Notes: generated by a model from the sequence alone, not told the origin. A stretch of 63,837 nt of DNA, filler included, from Reticulomyxa filosa (GCA_000512085.1; 18 parts of 18 records of this genome joined end to end with filler, not necessarily neighbours in it); one strand, 5' to 3'; positions 35,901-49,736 are shown, counted from the first letter of the whole stretch. Translations and numbers: made by a program.

Positions 35901-36890
35901 ATGAAAACCGGAAAAACTGACGATTTATTTGGCGATTTGATGGAATGTAGTGGTTCACTTGGCTTGCCATCGCTACCCAAAAGTCCCTCACCACAGGGGA
36001 ATCAGCAAACAACAAGTCTCGTAAATAATGCTCCCTCGACGACAGTGCAAATGAATGATCTCCAAACAAGAAACATGAGCCCATTAAATCAAGAAAAAAC
36101 AATGACTGGAAAAAATAACGGAAGTGCATTTTTAAATATTTTATTGTCTCCAAGCTCAGATTCACGCGCAAAAGGAAAGACTAATGATGCAGTCAAAGAG
36201 CAACCACAACTTGATCCCAGTATTGACGATGACGACGACATTGGATCCGTTCCCCCTTTGCCTCCGCCTTCAGTAAACTCGGATGACACGCAACAGCATT
36301 TTGAAGATAATCGTATACCCAGGCCATATAAAGAAGAGCCTTTTGAAACGAAAAGACAACCGAGCAAAGACAGAGGTATGGTCAATCCAAATCTAACAAT
36401 ACAGAGCCATTTGGACTGGTCGTTAATTGACGATTTAGAGCCACGTATAATGAACAATAAACTGCATCAACAGGAACTTGGTCGACAAATCATGGAATTG
36501 ACAGAAGAGTTGGAAAAAACTGTGGAAGAACATAAATATTTGATACAGCAAAAATCACAAATGTCAAAGCAAATAAGTATGTTCGAAAGGCAATGGATGA
36601 AGTGGAATGCATTCGACTTTATTGAATGGATTTCGCGGACATATAATTTCAAGTTTCGAAGGATTCTCAGTGCCTCACGTATTGATACCCTGATTAGCAC
36701 TTATGGCTCTACTTTTCGTTACTCTAAACAATTTCGTGGCTCTTTGTTGGCCAAGTTTGACCATTCGTGTCTACAATTTATTGGAATTGCTGATATTGAA
36801 GATTGCAATAATATCATGGTTAAGATAAAACTATTGATTACTCAACAACCGAATCAAAGAGAAGGAGAAGAAGACATTGAGTTTCAGTGA
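35901..36890 (+). CDS. Pro-rich/coiled-coil protein with C-terminal SAM-like domain
   Basis: Single 329-aa ORF; WNAFDFIEWI..FRGSLLAKFDHSCLQFIGI..IMVKIKLL. Confidence 0.7.
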   Translation: MKTGKTDDLFGDLMECSGSLGLPSLPKSPSPQGNQQTTSLVNNAPSTTVQMNDLQTRNMSPLNQEKTMTGKNNGSAFLNILLSPSSDSRAKGKTNDAVKEQPQLDPSIDDDDDIGSVPPLPPPSVNSDDTQQHFEDNRIPRPYKEEPFETKRQPSKDRGMVNPNLTIQSHLDWSLIDDLEPRIMNNKLHQQELGRQIMELTEELEKTVEEHKYLIQQKSQMSKQISMFERQWMKWNAFDFIEWISRTYNFKFRRILSASRIDTLISTYGSTFRYSKQFRGSLLAKFDHSCLQFIGIADIEDCNNIMVKIKLLITQQPNQREGEEDIEFQ

Positions 36891-37404
36891 TTTTTTTTTT
36901 TGAGTTTCTTGCAAAAAAAAGAGTATATATTTGTAAAATGATTAATCCATTTCGTTTTTTATTCCAATTCATTGTACATCTTTTGTGACTATTTTTACTC
37001 TTTTTTGACATTTGAAGATTATCAACAGCTTAAAGATGTACTTGGCTCTGAAAAATTTTTCAGAAAAGGCATCTGTTGAAAAACTTCTTAACGAACAATT
37101 AATACGTGGATGCATTACGTGATGCTCAGATGCAGATTGAAGCCAACACGACGTAGATTTTTATTGACAAAAACCAAAAATATTCTTTAATACACAAATA
37201 AAGAGATCTTCCTTTTTTTTTTAATTGTCATTATTTGTTGTTTTGGGGTTGTTATTAAATTAATTCACATTTGAAGAGGCTGTGTCGAAACAAAACACAA
37301 ATTCTACAAAAAAAACCAACAAAAAAGGAATAACACTGTGTGAGGATTATTTTATTTTATGCAATTTTATTTTTTGTTTTTTTTTTCTCCTTTCATTTAG
37401 TCTT

Positions 37405-38840
37405 TTAAAAAAATGTACTCAATCTCAAGAAACCCAAAAAGACAGGTGTTGTATTGGCAGGAATTTGACAAGTAAGTACGTGAAAATATTGTGTATCCGT
37501 ATCACTGTTGATCTTACATTCTATAGGCGGCCAAAATCTTGTCATCAAAAAAGTTTGCGCTTTTTCAAGCAAATGACGATTGGTCAACTGTGCTTGCCAA
37601 ACTTTTTTGTTGTAAGAGTCTATTCTGGCGGATAATCGTAAGTTTTTATTGGTAATATTTTTATCTTTGTCACATACAATATAAAATATTCTATCTTTAT
37701 CAGTTTTTTTATTTGTCTGAGCGGTCCATATTTTCATCCTGAGCTTTAAGTGATAATAAAGGATGACCTCCACAATATCATAAGTCATAAATGTGATATT
37801 CAAGTCATCTCGAAATTCGTTATTCCATTGTCTCCATAAATTATGTTTGCAAAAAATGTGGAGAAATGAGAGTAAAATTTTGCGATTCTCCAGTTGATGG
37901 GGATGACTTAATAGCAATTCAACAAAATAACTGCAAAACGATGGAGTAAAGATATGCCGCAATGACTTTTCCACTATTCTTTCTTGCGTTGTAAAGTAAT
38001 TGTTATTTTTGTTCGTAAGTTCAAATTTCATTTGTTGTTGCACGTGCACATCCATGACCAATTGCAGTAATTGCATCGCTAATTGGACATCATCTGTTTG
38101 ACGGCACAAGTACATTAAGGTGCCCAAATGCGAAGGATTTAACACATGTCTGTTTTCGTAGGATGTCCAAATATAATCGCTTATTTGCTTATTTGATTTT
38201 TGCATTGCTGATGCTTTGTCTGTTGATAGATCGTTATTGTCAGTATTCTTTTCATCATCGTGTTCTTTTCCTTCTTCTTTTTTTTCTTTTTCTTCTTCTT
38301 CTTCCTTTTCTTCTTTTTCTTCTTCTTCATTAATATGATCAATATCGCCATAATCATTATCATCATCATCTTCTTCTTCTTCTTCTTCTTCTTCTTCATT
38401 TTTATTTTCATTTTCATTTGCGTCATGTTCTGCATTGACGTGCAAAGGTATATAATATTGTAACAATGTGTGAGGATCGCCGGCAGTAATAAACGATTGT
38501 ATGACATGTCTCAAGGCAGATGCCAGCCCATCACGTGAAATGGCGTCTTTGCGAATGCAAGTTTGGAAGAGTTTCACGACAAGTTGATTGAGTCCAAAGT
38601 AGGAACATGTCGTAAACAATGCCTGTTTCAACACAAAATCGTTAAGATAATTTATCTTGTGTTTTTTGATCAATTGCATTGCAAACAACGCACTTTTTCG
38701 GTCGTTCCATCGCATGCTTTGATGCAATAGCAACACAATCGAAGATGGAGTCCAATTTGCCGTGCTGGTCAACTTGACTTTGTCTTCCAAGTGCTTTATA
38801 TTGTTGCTGTGATTTTTTCCCCTACAAAAAATTATTATTT
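37405..38840 (-). CDS. Helical-repeat (PPR-like) protein with possible degenerate Smr-like C-terminus (5'-partial)
   Basis: Long ORF; helix-turn-helix segments such as LGTLMYLCRQTDDVQLAMQLLQLV; LNITFMTYDIVEVIL..IFYIVC. Confidence 0.5.
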
Positions 38841-38892
38841 TTTTAACTGGTTTGACTTTTACAATTTTTAATAATAACACCAACACAAAAAG

Positions 38893-38925
<33 letters not shown>

Positions 38926-41290
38926 CAACACAAGGTNNNNNNNNNNNNNNNNNNNNNNNNNNNNNNNNNNNNNNNNNNNNTTAATTAATTAANNNNNNNN
39001 NNNNNNNNNNNNNNNNNNNNNNNNNNNNNNNNNNNNGAATCCAATTGAACCAAAAAAAACCACCAACAAGACCACATCAAACATTAAATAAAAAAAGTAA
39101 AACTACGAATTGTAAAAAAATGACAATGAAATCAGACAACTGGAAAGGTGCTCAAAAGGGGGTTGATTTCATTTTTTTTATTTTCAACTCTGTTGAAAGA
39201 AAAGTGGCAGTGTTTATGCTTTTAATGATAATACCTTACACTTAAACCAAGAATTTTCTCACAAATAGCAAATACATTGTATAAGACATTTAAATATTAT
39301 CTTATATTTATTTGAAGCAAATGGAAAAATAATTCATTCCTGTAATAATTCTTGATTATGATTTATCCTTGAGTGGGAATAAAAATTGCAAACTTTATTA
39401 AAACAAAAACATTATTTGCCATTTGATTATTCAACAGTTTTTGATTAGTTTTGTTTCGTTACTTCAACATCCAACTTCCACTGAAACAATGAAAATAAAG
39501 TTCTACTTCTTGTAATTTTTAACAATATTTTGAATTTTTTAAAAAAATTATTGAGTCGATGATAGTTTTTCATTAACTTCTACAAATTGTGTTATTTCTG
39601 AATAATTTCCATCCTTTGTTAAAAAAAAATTCATGTCATTGCAGTAGAAATGAAGAAGTGGTGCAAATGAGAACAAAAAAACCCACACATTCAACATTCA
39701 CTTTCAGTACCAAATACAAAAAGAAAAAAAGAGAAAATTACAATTTCATCAAAAATATAACACCGAAAAGAATTTTTTTTGTAGAGTTTAACAAGGTATT
39801 GTTTGAAAGTATTTTTGGGAAAATGAACATACAATTACAGTACATAATTGTAGGCCCCCTTTTTCCGACTTACCTTAGTCGTGTTTACACATTTTTTTAA
39901 ATGATTTAGATGTATCCTATGAATAAAAAAAAATTTTATTGCTTTACATCAAATTTTTTTTTGTGCATTTACATTTCATCATTCAATAGCTACAAAATCC
40001 AACAATACTCAAAAAAAAGGTATTATCAAAGTTTTGGAAGCCAGGCATTAATTGCTCAACTTCATGAACACACTTATAAAGTACATTTCCAACAGAATTT
40101 TAGTTTTTACTCTTTTTTAATATTTAAACTGGATAATTTGAGTTATTTTTGTAAAAGTACACTTATTAATTTCTTTTTTAAACGTATTCAAATATACATA
40201 CAAAGTGTGCACTTTCGCTAGAGAAAATAATAGTTATTTCGAATAAAAAAAGGAAAAAATATTCCAGATAAGTCTGTGATCACTGTTATTGAGTTTTACG
40301 AATCTTTCTTGAAGATTTTCAAATTATTTTGTGTAACATCGATGACTATCATGTTTGATTTTGTTCGTGTGTACAATCACTTTTCTTTTTTTTTAGAAAT
40401 AAAGATATTTTCAAAAAATGAAACGCATTAGTTCTTTTTTTTTTACAAAAAGAAATGTTTATTGGATTTACCATGACGGNNNNNNNNNNNNNNNNNNNNN
40501 NNNNNNNNNNNNNNNNNNNNNNNTTAATTAATTAANNNNNNNNNNNNNNNNNNNNNNNNNNNNNNNNNNNNNNNNNNNNTACAACTATCGCCATTTGATT
40601 TTCTTTTTAATTCCATAAATTTAAGATATTTCGTCATATGAAGTTGATTCTTATTTGATCAAATATTTTTTGAAATAATGTGGAATTTGTTCTGTGAATC
40701 ACATTTGTTTCATATAATACAACAAAACGAATACAAATGTTTTTTGTGGACGCTTCTTTTATGATTTTCATTTTTTAAAAACAATATTTATATCCATTGA
40801 TTTATTTTGTTTGAATTGACTTTGTTTCTTTCTCCAATTATGTCGTCATTTTATTTATCTAGAGTCTCTTTGCATATTCAATCAGATAGTCATAGATCGA
40901 TACTCTTTCGAATATCGTTACCTTTTATTTGAATTGTTTTCATAACAGCGTTCAATGACTATCAGTCGATCTAAACAAAAAAGGAAAAAGGAAAATATCA
41001 TTGAATTTCATTGGTATGAAATGACTTGTTGAAAATATGTATCATATAAACAAGTGCATCTCTCTAAATAGAACATTCAAAAGCAAATAATTTAATACAT
41101 TTCTTTCTCTTTCTGCTGTTTTCAGCAAAATTGCAAACATGAAAAACTTGAGAATTGTACACTTTTTATTACTTAATTCATCAACCAAATAAAAAATGTC
41201 AATGTAAAATACCTTTTTCGTTATTTTAAAAGGGTCACATCCTCTTTTTTAAAAAAGTTGAACTTAAAAAACTTCAATAACATCAACAAC

Positions 41291-41764
41291 ATGGGTAATC
41301 AAACTACAACACAACAACCTCCTGAAAGAGAGACTAAAGAAAGTCAACATCTTATTACTCCCTTTCAAACTTTAAAAAAGTTACCTATTCCACTTGACCG
41401 AACTCAATGTGTTCTACATAAACATGAACTCCTCATTTGTGGAGGTTATCAAAAAAGTGCTTGTTATTCTTATCATACACTCAAAAACGAATACAAGTTT
41501 ATCTGTGAGTATCCAAGTGACGTTGAATTATGGGGACACTGTGTAGTGAAACTGATAGATAGCAACAGTAACAACGACAAAGACAACAATCAAATCACTT
41601 TGTTGTCTTTTGGTGGATCTTGTAATCATACATTGGTGATGAAATATGTAAGTGTTTGGAGTGATGACAACAATAATGATGATGAAACGAATAAATCAAA
41701 AAAATTCAATCAATTTAATCAATTCAATCAATTCAATCAATTCAACAAATCAAACAATTACAAT
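41291..41764 (+). CDS. Kelch-like family protein (partial), MGNQTT N-terminus
   Basis: PFQTLKKLPIPLDRTQCVLHKHELLICGG..CYSYHTLKNEYKFICEYP..GHCVVKL; 9-bp repeat encoding (FNQ)4. Confidence 0.8.
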
Positions 41765-41864
41765 NNNNNNNNNNNNNNNNNNNNNNNNNNNNNNNNNNNN
41801 NNNNNNNNTTAATTAATTAANNNNNNNNNNNNNNNNNNNNNNNNNNNNNNNNNNNNNNNNNNNN

Positions 41865-42820
41865 GAAGAAGAAGAAGAAGAAGAAGAAGAAGAAAGGAAG
41901 ATTCAAAAACAAGGATTTGTTAAAAAAAAAGGAGAGATTAGAGGAGATATTTGGAAGGAACGATATGTGGAATTGTGGACAGATGGGAATTGGTGTGAAT
42001 ATAATGAAAAAGGCATTTTATTAAATGTGATTGATATCTCATTGTCTCAACATATTTGTGCCCTTTGCGATTGTCAATTTTCTATTGTTATGCCTGGACG
42101 TGTGTTTTCATTTGTTGCAAACACACAATCCGAAAGAGATCATTGGATTGCTTGTTTGCATTTGCATTTGCAATTTTATTCAAATGAAAATGATAATGAC
42201 AATGACAATGATAATAATGAATATGAATATCCAATTGAAGCGGCAGTGTATATGGAATTGAAAGAAAATAAAGAAGGATGTTGGGATGACTTGAGAGAAC
42301 AAGTGGAGGATATGGCAGTGTTGGAATTAATAGAATTCAATACAGAAAATGAAAAAAAATATGGAATACGGATTGTGGCGATTCAATATTGGTGGAATAT
42401 CAATGCGCCTGTATTCGATATCAATGGTGCGATAGAAATGACAAAGGAATTTTTTGCACGTGGATGTTTTGGATCCATTGTAATTCGGAGCCACTTGTCC
42501 TTGCATTTGATGCACAAACAACAATGGATACCTTATCTGGTTATTATGCGCACACAAAATGTGTTGGAATGCTATGCCAATGTCAATCACATTGATCCGG
42601 TTGTGACTTTTGATTTCAATCAATTGATCCAAGTTCGTATCCTTTCTTCCAATGCTGATTCTGACGCACGACAATCACAACCAAGTCATATCTTTGAAAT
42701 TCAACCAATTCATCGCAAAGTGCAATTTGGAAGTGAAAATGAGGATGATATCAAACAATGGGTTCATTTGATCCAATCTCGTGCCAGATTCATTCGTGCT
42801 CGAGGATTGAGTGAAAGTTT
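41865..42820 (+). CDS. Tandem PH-domain protein (partial)
   Basis: KQGFVKKKG..WKERYVEL..FSFVANTQSERDHWI, and a second domain ending QFGSENEDDIKQWVHLI. Confidence 0.8.
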
Positions 42821-43093
42821 ACAATATTTCATATTTATCCTTTTCTTTCTATATCTTTATCCTTATTGTTTGTTTGTTNNNNNNNNNNNNNNNNNNNNNN
42901 NNNNNNNNNNNNNNNNNNNNNNTTAATTAATTAANNNNNNNNNNNNNNNNNNNNNNNNNNNNNNNNNNNNNNNNNNNNTTTTAAAAAATCTCTTTTTTTT
43001 TAAAGGCATAAAATTTGGAGCCCTCTCCTTTAAGAACAGTTCTCACGAAAATAGAGCCATTTTATTACAAGACACTCTGTGTTTTTAAAATAG

Positions 43094-43570
43094 AGTCTCT
43101 AAAAAATTGGAGCCATTATTGACGCTCGAGATTTTACAGGGAAATGGTACCAAGCAGAAGTAATCAAGGTACTCAACCACAAAGGAGTTGAATCGAGTTT
43201 AATAAGTGAAACAAATCCTTTACTTGTGCGAAAGATAAAAATCCATTATTTGGGTTATTCGATCAATTATGATGAATGGTTGCATGTGGATGCCGATTCG
43301 CATCGTATTGCACAGCGTGGCGTGCACACGGTTGGGCTGGATTTACGTGCTATTCGAAAATACGCACAACAGTTTGCATCTGTACCTTTTGTTCAAAGCA
43401 ATCCAGTCCATGACAACTTTTTTAATAATGCTATTCCCTCTCACGTGACACACTCAATGCCAAGTCGAGTCAGTGTCTTTCCCATGCCAAGGCTGGTGTT
43501 GAGGTCACAGCAAAATTTAGTTGACACTGTTGCTCATTCACAGCCAACACAACGTCCGAGCTTTAACTAA
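43094..43570 (+). CDS. Last exon with Royal-family (Tudor-knot/MBT-like) domain
   Basis: IGAIIDARDFTGKWYQAEVIKV..IKIHYLGYSINYDEWL. Confidence 0.7.
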
Positions 43571-44229
43571 CACATGTAGTTTTTGTATTCTCTTTATACG
43601 AAATGTTTAAAATAAAAAATAGGGGCTTAGAAAAACTCTTTTTTGTAGGTTAATTTTTGAATTAAGCAGTACGTCTAATTTTTTTTGTCCATTGTCATAG
43701 ACTGTCTCTTAGATGTTTAGTTAAAAATTGTATGTTCAATGATGATCTTCTTTTAAGAATGTTCGTGCACGTATAGCTATCTTCATATTGTGCTAACAGT
43801 TTCTAAGTATTAATCAAAGCAATATTTTTTTCATCAGCTCTAAACAAAAAGTTTAAATTTAATATATTTTTTTAATCAGTTGAACAGTAATGGTCAAGTC
43901 AATAAAAATAAACTTCACAAGAATGTTACTTTATCATCAACAAAAATGTCTTTACAAACGAGAAATATTTGTTGTAAATAACACTAAGCATGAAAAATTC
44001 CAATGACGACAAAGGCTATGAAACGCAATGAGATGTGACATTGAATTTATTACAATTAATATTAAATACTGTGGCTATTATTAATATACTGGTTATAAAG
44101 TTAATGTATTCAAATACAAAAAATGATGTGTTCACCAAAAAAGGGACGCAGGAATATTCAAAGTTTAAGATTTGTTTAATAGAATTTAAGATTGTTTTGA
44201 TCGTTTTTGATAAAATAAAAAAGTGAAGG

Positions 44230-44910
44230 GATGAGCACTATTGCCAACCAAAAAGAGACAATACACAGTTAGCAAGTGTTCACAAAAGTTATTTAACTCT
44301 ACAACACTAACAAGAGGATTTGGATCGATATTCACAATTGGATTGGAATTTTGAATATAAAATTGAGATAATCAGAGATTTTAACAATTATTTCCAAATA
44401 TGATATTGTACGTTTCTGCTTTCTTCAAATCCAAAAATATGTATTGCCGTTACAAATAATTAATTGACAATATGGGACGTTGTATTTGTAAAGACATTTC
44501 AAGATCTATAATGACATTCTGAATGGATTAACGCTGCAAAATTTTCATTAGATGGTGATATTGTTGTTTTTTGCTCAAACAACAAAACAATTCATCCAGG
44601 AAAAGAATTGATGAAAATAGAAGTGCATTCAAATTAGATCGAGAACTTTTTCAGATAATAAATATATCATGTTCAGTTGATGAAACAACACAAACATGGG
44701 ATGTAAATTGTGGAAAAGAGGTAAAAAAGCTAACTGACTACTCTTACATTATATTCAGCGTACGATATTTATCAAATGATCAAAAGATCTTATAATCTTG
44801 TATTGACAGTATAATTACCCTATGGAGTGGAAAAAATAGATGAAATGTTGGGATAATTGACAGAACATGCCGATTGTATAAGAATTCGAAATTTTTTTCC
44901 AAACGGCTAA
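44230..44910 (+). pseudogene. WD40 pseudogene
   Basis: HSEWINAAKFSLDG, SCSVDETTQTWDVNCGKEVKKL; stops and frameshifts; paralogous to the adjacent gene. Confidence 0.7.
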
Positions 44911-45282
44911 TTTGTCGTGTCAAAAAACAAACAAAAAAAGCAATTAAAAGATGTGGATACGAATCTTTTTACTATCAAGATAAACACAATTACAAACATT
45001 TGTATATTTCGCATCTACAAAATGTAGAAGAAAAAATCTAATTAATGCAATTTTTCGTCAGTCGGAGTATGACTTGTAAAATGTTTTAATTTAGAATTGT
45101 CCGATTGAAACAGGTGAGTCATGTACAGTGCAATTAAATTTCTCATTTTCTTTTTTTCACTCCAAACAATACTGAAACAAAACAACAAAAATTGCATTTA
45201 ATTTGCCTATCAATTTCTAATACAACATAATTATTCAGCTTTTTCCTTGTTTCTGTTAATAAAAACAACTTTTCATTTGTTG

Positions 45283-46450
45283 TTATCCCCAGACATGAAT
45301 CGTTCTGTCATCAGAACATGACACAATTGTATTTCCATTGTGTGAAATGTCAACTCCTGTTACCCAACCTAAATGTGCGTCTAATTTTTGTATTTCCTGT
45401 CCTGTTTTAACATCCCACAATCGAACTGTTTTGTCTTTTGAACAAGACACAAGAGTGTGACCATCTGGAAAATATTTTACATTTCTCACAAAATCAGAAT
45501 GTCCATGCAATATTTTCAATTGTTTTCCTGATTCAACATCCCATATTCGTATTGTTGTATCATATGAACATGAAACGATAAATCGACCATCCGGAGAAAA
45601 ATCTGCCTGCCATACAGAATGGGAGTGTCCAATCAATTGTTTCAATTTTTTGCCTGCTTTTACATCCCACAAACTAGTTGTGTTATCCACAGATGTTGAT
45701 GCAATCATTTGACTATCTGGTGAAAATCGTACGCCCACTGCGATATCCGCATGACCTACTAGTTTTTGAATCTCTTTTCCAGAACTCACATCCCATATTC
45801 GTACTGTTTCATCAGAAGAGCCTGACACAAGATATTTGCCATCTGGAGAAAAGTGTACAGCCCATATCCAATTAGAATGTCCATGCAATATCTTTTTTCA
45901 CTCCCTGATTTCACATCCCATAGCCGAACTGTCTCATCTGCTGAGCCTGAGGCTATCGTTTGTCCGTCAGGTGAAAATTCTGCAGCATTGACCCGCTGCC
46001 AATGTCCTATGAAAATTTGAAGTTGCTCTCCAGAAACAATATTCCATAGTCGAACAGTATTATCTTCTGATGCTGATACAATACTTCGACCATCTGGAGA
46101 GAATCTTACACATTTTATATCACGGTCATGTCCTTTTAAAGATTTCAACAATTGAAAATATTTAGCCTATATTTGGTATATGAAAATCCACATTGCCTCG
46201 AAACGTTAAATACAACTTGAAACAAATAACTCAACATATTTGACAACAATTTTGTCAAACTCATCAATCCATCCAAATTTGACATTTAAAATTCGAAGCC
46301 AATTTTGAATAATCATTTTTATTTGTTGTTCTGACTTTTTTTTATGTTCATCGATTTGATTCAGTAAAACACGTTGCGTTTGGTGTTACAACGGTCAAAG
46401 CGTATTTTCTGAAAAGTAACGAGCAAAACTTACCAACTGTAATGTGATAT
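45283..46450 (-). CDS. WD40-repeat protein, about 7 repeats
   Basis: Highly regular GH..V..V.FSPDG..SxS.D.TVRxWD repeats; single-base shift in the run at 45893-45898. Confidence 0.88.
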
Positions 46451-46923
46451 TCTCTTTTTCGTTAGAATCAGTATTCATCATATACTGTTTATTTTTATTT
46501 AATACAAAGCAAGATTGGGTGATTTCGGTTTTTTCTGTTCCAAAAAAAGTCCCTTCACAACTTTTGTACGAAACACCCGTTTATGAGTGTCTTTCATTTG
46601 ATAAAAAATTCTGGAGCAGTAAACTCAAGGTTTACAGCATAATAGAAATGAAAAATGTGAGCATTTTCTCGTTAACTGTTTAACATTGTACAAAGAAAAA
46701 AATGTAGTCTTGCATTTTCTGAAAGACATCAATTACAAGGATTGGAAATAAGTACGATGGGACAAACGAGAAAAAAAGAAAAAAACGAAGTAAGCAAATC
46801 AACAACAACAAAAAAGCAGTGAAAAGAAGTAAGAGCAAATTATCATCATTTCTGTGCAAAACTGAAATGGTGTCTTGTATTTCTCTTTACTTTTTTTTTT
46901 TTTTATAAATTTTTTGCAATCAA

Positions 46924-47638
46924 TCAACAATTTTTTTTTTCAAAGAAAATTTCATAGTGAGTGGTATCTTCAGTTTTGAGACAATACCACTCCCCTCCTT
47001 TGGACTGTTTGACTTGGGACCAAATGCACTTGGCCATGGTACCAAGGTTATTCTTGGCATACATTTTGGAGACAACTTGTTTGATGTGTTCGCTAAACAG
47101 AGCGCTGTCACTGACGGCGTAGCCCGGGGCAGTGGACCAGAGTTCGAAGAAGCCATCTCTGGAATGGCTATATTGAGAGTCTTTCTGTCCTCTGGTAACA
47201 AGAGAAGAAGAAGAAGAAGAAGAAGATGATGATGATGATGAAAGGGGTGTATTGGCTCCACGACAAACATCCACCAAAAAAATTTTGGGCAAGTGTTTGA
47301 AAGACTCGATTCGAATGGGATCAAACTTGTTACGGAACTCATCAAAGGGGACGACTTTACCATCGCTGGTGATGAGACCGTTCTCTTCGCCGTGGCCACA
47401 CACGATGAAGACGAGTCCGTCATAGCGATTGATGTTTTCGCGTAGTTTGTTGTGGAGAATGACTTCCGACAGATAGTTCCTCACATCGTTTGCGGTCATG
47501 TACAGCTCGGAATTGCACACAAACTTGTACTGCAACACGGTGTTGAACAAGTGCTTAAAGTTTTGCACGTCCTTGTCTTTGACATTGGTAAGATCGGCAA
47601 GTTGATTGGAAGAAAAGTCCTTCTTTTGTTTGCCATCG

Positions 47639-47679
<41 letters not shown>

Positions 47680-47680
47680 G
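46924..47680 (-). CDS. Caspase-like (peptidase C14) protease, 5'-partial
   Basis: VFIVCGHG (catalytic His), LPKIFLVDVCRG (catalytic Cys), Ser-rich linker, p10-like DGFFELWSTAPGY. Confidence 0.85.
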
Positions 47681-47812
47681 NNNNNNNNNNNNNNNNNNNN
47701 NNNNNNNNNNNNNNNNNNNNNNNNTTAATTAATTAANNNNNNNNNNNNNNNNNNNNNNNNNNNNNNNNNNNNNNNNNNNNATATATATATATATATATAA
47801 TGCATATAGTAG

Positions 47813-48166
47813 ATGACTGGAAGGGATCAAAAAAGGCTTGTGCAAGCATATACTTGCTTTGCACAAAGTCCTTGTTCCAGAAGGACAAACCGAATCAAAT
47901 GACGCAACTGTAGCTCTACATGACATAACATTCGACGATTCGATTGTACAAGTACAATATTTCTATGACCACATTTTGTGCCTGCGAAAATGGTTGGAGT
48001 CTTTGTACGACAATTTTTACAAGGTTCGGTTTGGTCAAGACAGTTTTACAAACTTTGAGATTGAAATAAACGAAGGAAAAGCTGCACTTGTTATATGCAA
48101 GGACGAAAAAGAGAATGCTAACAAAGCAAAGGAAACGCATAATAATTTTATTTGGGGTCCTGGTTC

Positions 48167-48199
<33 letters not shown>

Positions 48200-49736
48200 C
48201 TTTGTAAGTGATTCTGTTGTTGATATGTATACATGGGATAACGTTCAAGTGGGAGATGAATTTGCACATATTTGTCAAGAAGGACAATCGGCAATGAGTA
48301 ATGCTACGCAATACATTGTGTTGGGTGAATATGTTGAACTTACAAATGAAGAGAAAGAGCATACCCAAAGAACAAACGAAAAAGAGTCAAACAACAAAGC
48401 CAGCAATGGATGGAACATTATTGATCTCTTGAAGGCAGACGACGAAGTTGAAAAAAATCAACTTTGTGAAGTATTTTCTAAAGGCTGTTTGCTTTGGAAA
48501 GAGAAAATAGTTATTTATTTATTTTATTTTTTTTTTTTTCAATTAAAAAGAAATAAAATAGTATATATTGTATGTATAAATAGAAACATGCAAAGAGACA
48601 ATTAGATTTATTTATTGCAATGCTAAATAAAGCACACAAATCGATTCGGGAATTGACAATAACACACGCCTTTGACCAAATGACTATTTTTCCAGTACTT
48701 CCAAATTTGATACATTTACATCTGAAAGATATCAGCATCAGCAGCTGCTTCGAGTCTATTGATATGAAAGAATTGATGCCACAATTGAAAACACTCAATG
48801 TCAAAAATTTGTCAATGACATCGTGTATGTATTGCAATTGGAAACAAAGGATCGAAGAAGCTGAAACGTGCAACTCTAACGACAATGACTCTTTGATGAC
48901 ATCTGTTCCTCCCTTATCCCCTCGGCTTCAGCAAAACCAAAACTGTTCTGGAATTAAATTTCTTAACCATTTGCTACTCTCTTGTCCAAATTTGTTGGCG
49001 CTTTATTATTATGGCACAGATGAGAATTCAGACATACTCGAAATTCCATCAACTTTGGAGTGGTTGCTGATATACAGTATGCCATGGTGGGGTGGACCAC
49101 TGCCTATTCAACTAGATTTGAGCCGATGCAAACGTATCAATGGATTAAGTTTAGGCGTTTTTTTGTATGTAGAAAGATGAAACAATTTAATGTATTTTGA
49201 AAAAAACAGGTTGGACTCCTTCTTTTGTCAAATGGCCGACGGAAACAATGTTAAAGATTGGATGGCTGAAGATTGAACGTCAAGAAGACATTAAATACTG
49301 GGATGATTTGTTATCATTACCCACAAAGCCTTGCGATGTGAAACTTTGTGCACTTCGATCAACTATGAATATATATGATTTGACATCTGATAACTCGATC
49401 TTTCCTCATCAATCTCGTTTCACTAGCAAACAAACAATTGCTAAAAAGCCAGGAATAAATTACAGAGATGCTGAACGATTTTTACAATACAATACCATAG
49501 ATGCTGTTGATTTTAATAATACCAAAAAATTAGGCAAAAAACTAATAGAGTACGAAGATGAGCCTTATTTCGAAAAAGGAAACGTTATTATCGAGAGACC
49601 AATACTCTTTTTTCAAAACATCGTTAAGGCTATGGGAACTGATAACAACAAAGTAGATGAGTATCAAAGATGGTTTGATATTGGTGAAGCAAGTTGGATT
49701 TTTAATTTACTCTGTCCTAAAGTTTGCAAAGCGTAA
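47813..49736 (+). CDS. Multi-exon hypothetical protein with LRR-like segments (5'-partial)
   Basis: Three consecutive ORFs; introns 48510-48583 and about 49149-49209; LPNLIHLHL, MPQLKTLNV, CPNLLAL. Confidence 0.6.

Noticed and set aside
7884-45898. Euplotes-like programmed ribosomal frameshifting
   Set aside because: The shifts go in both directions, share no slippery-site-plus-stop motif and track homopolymer runs.
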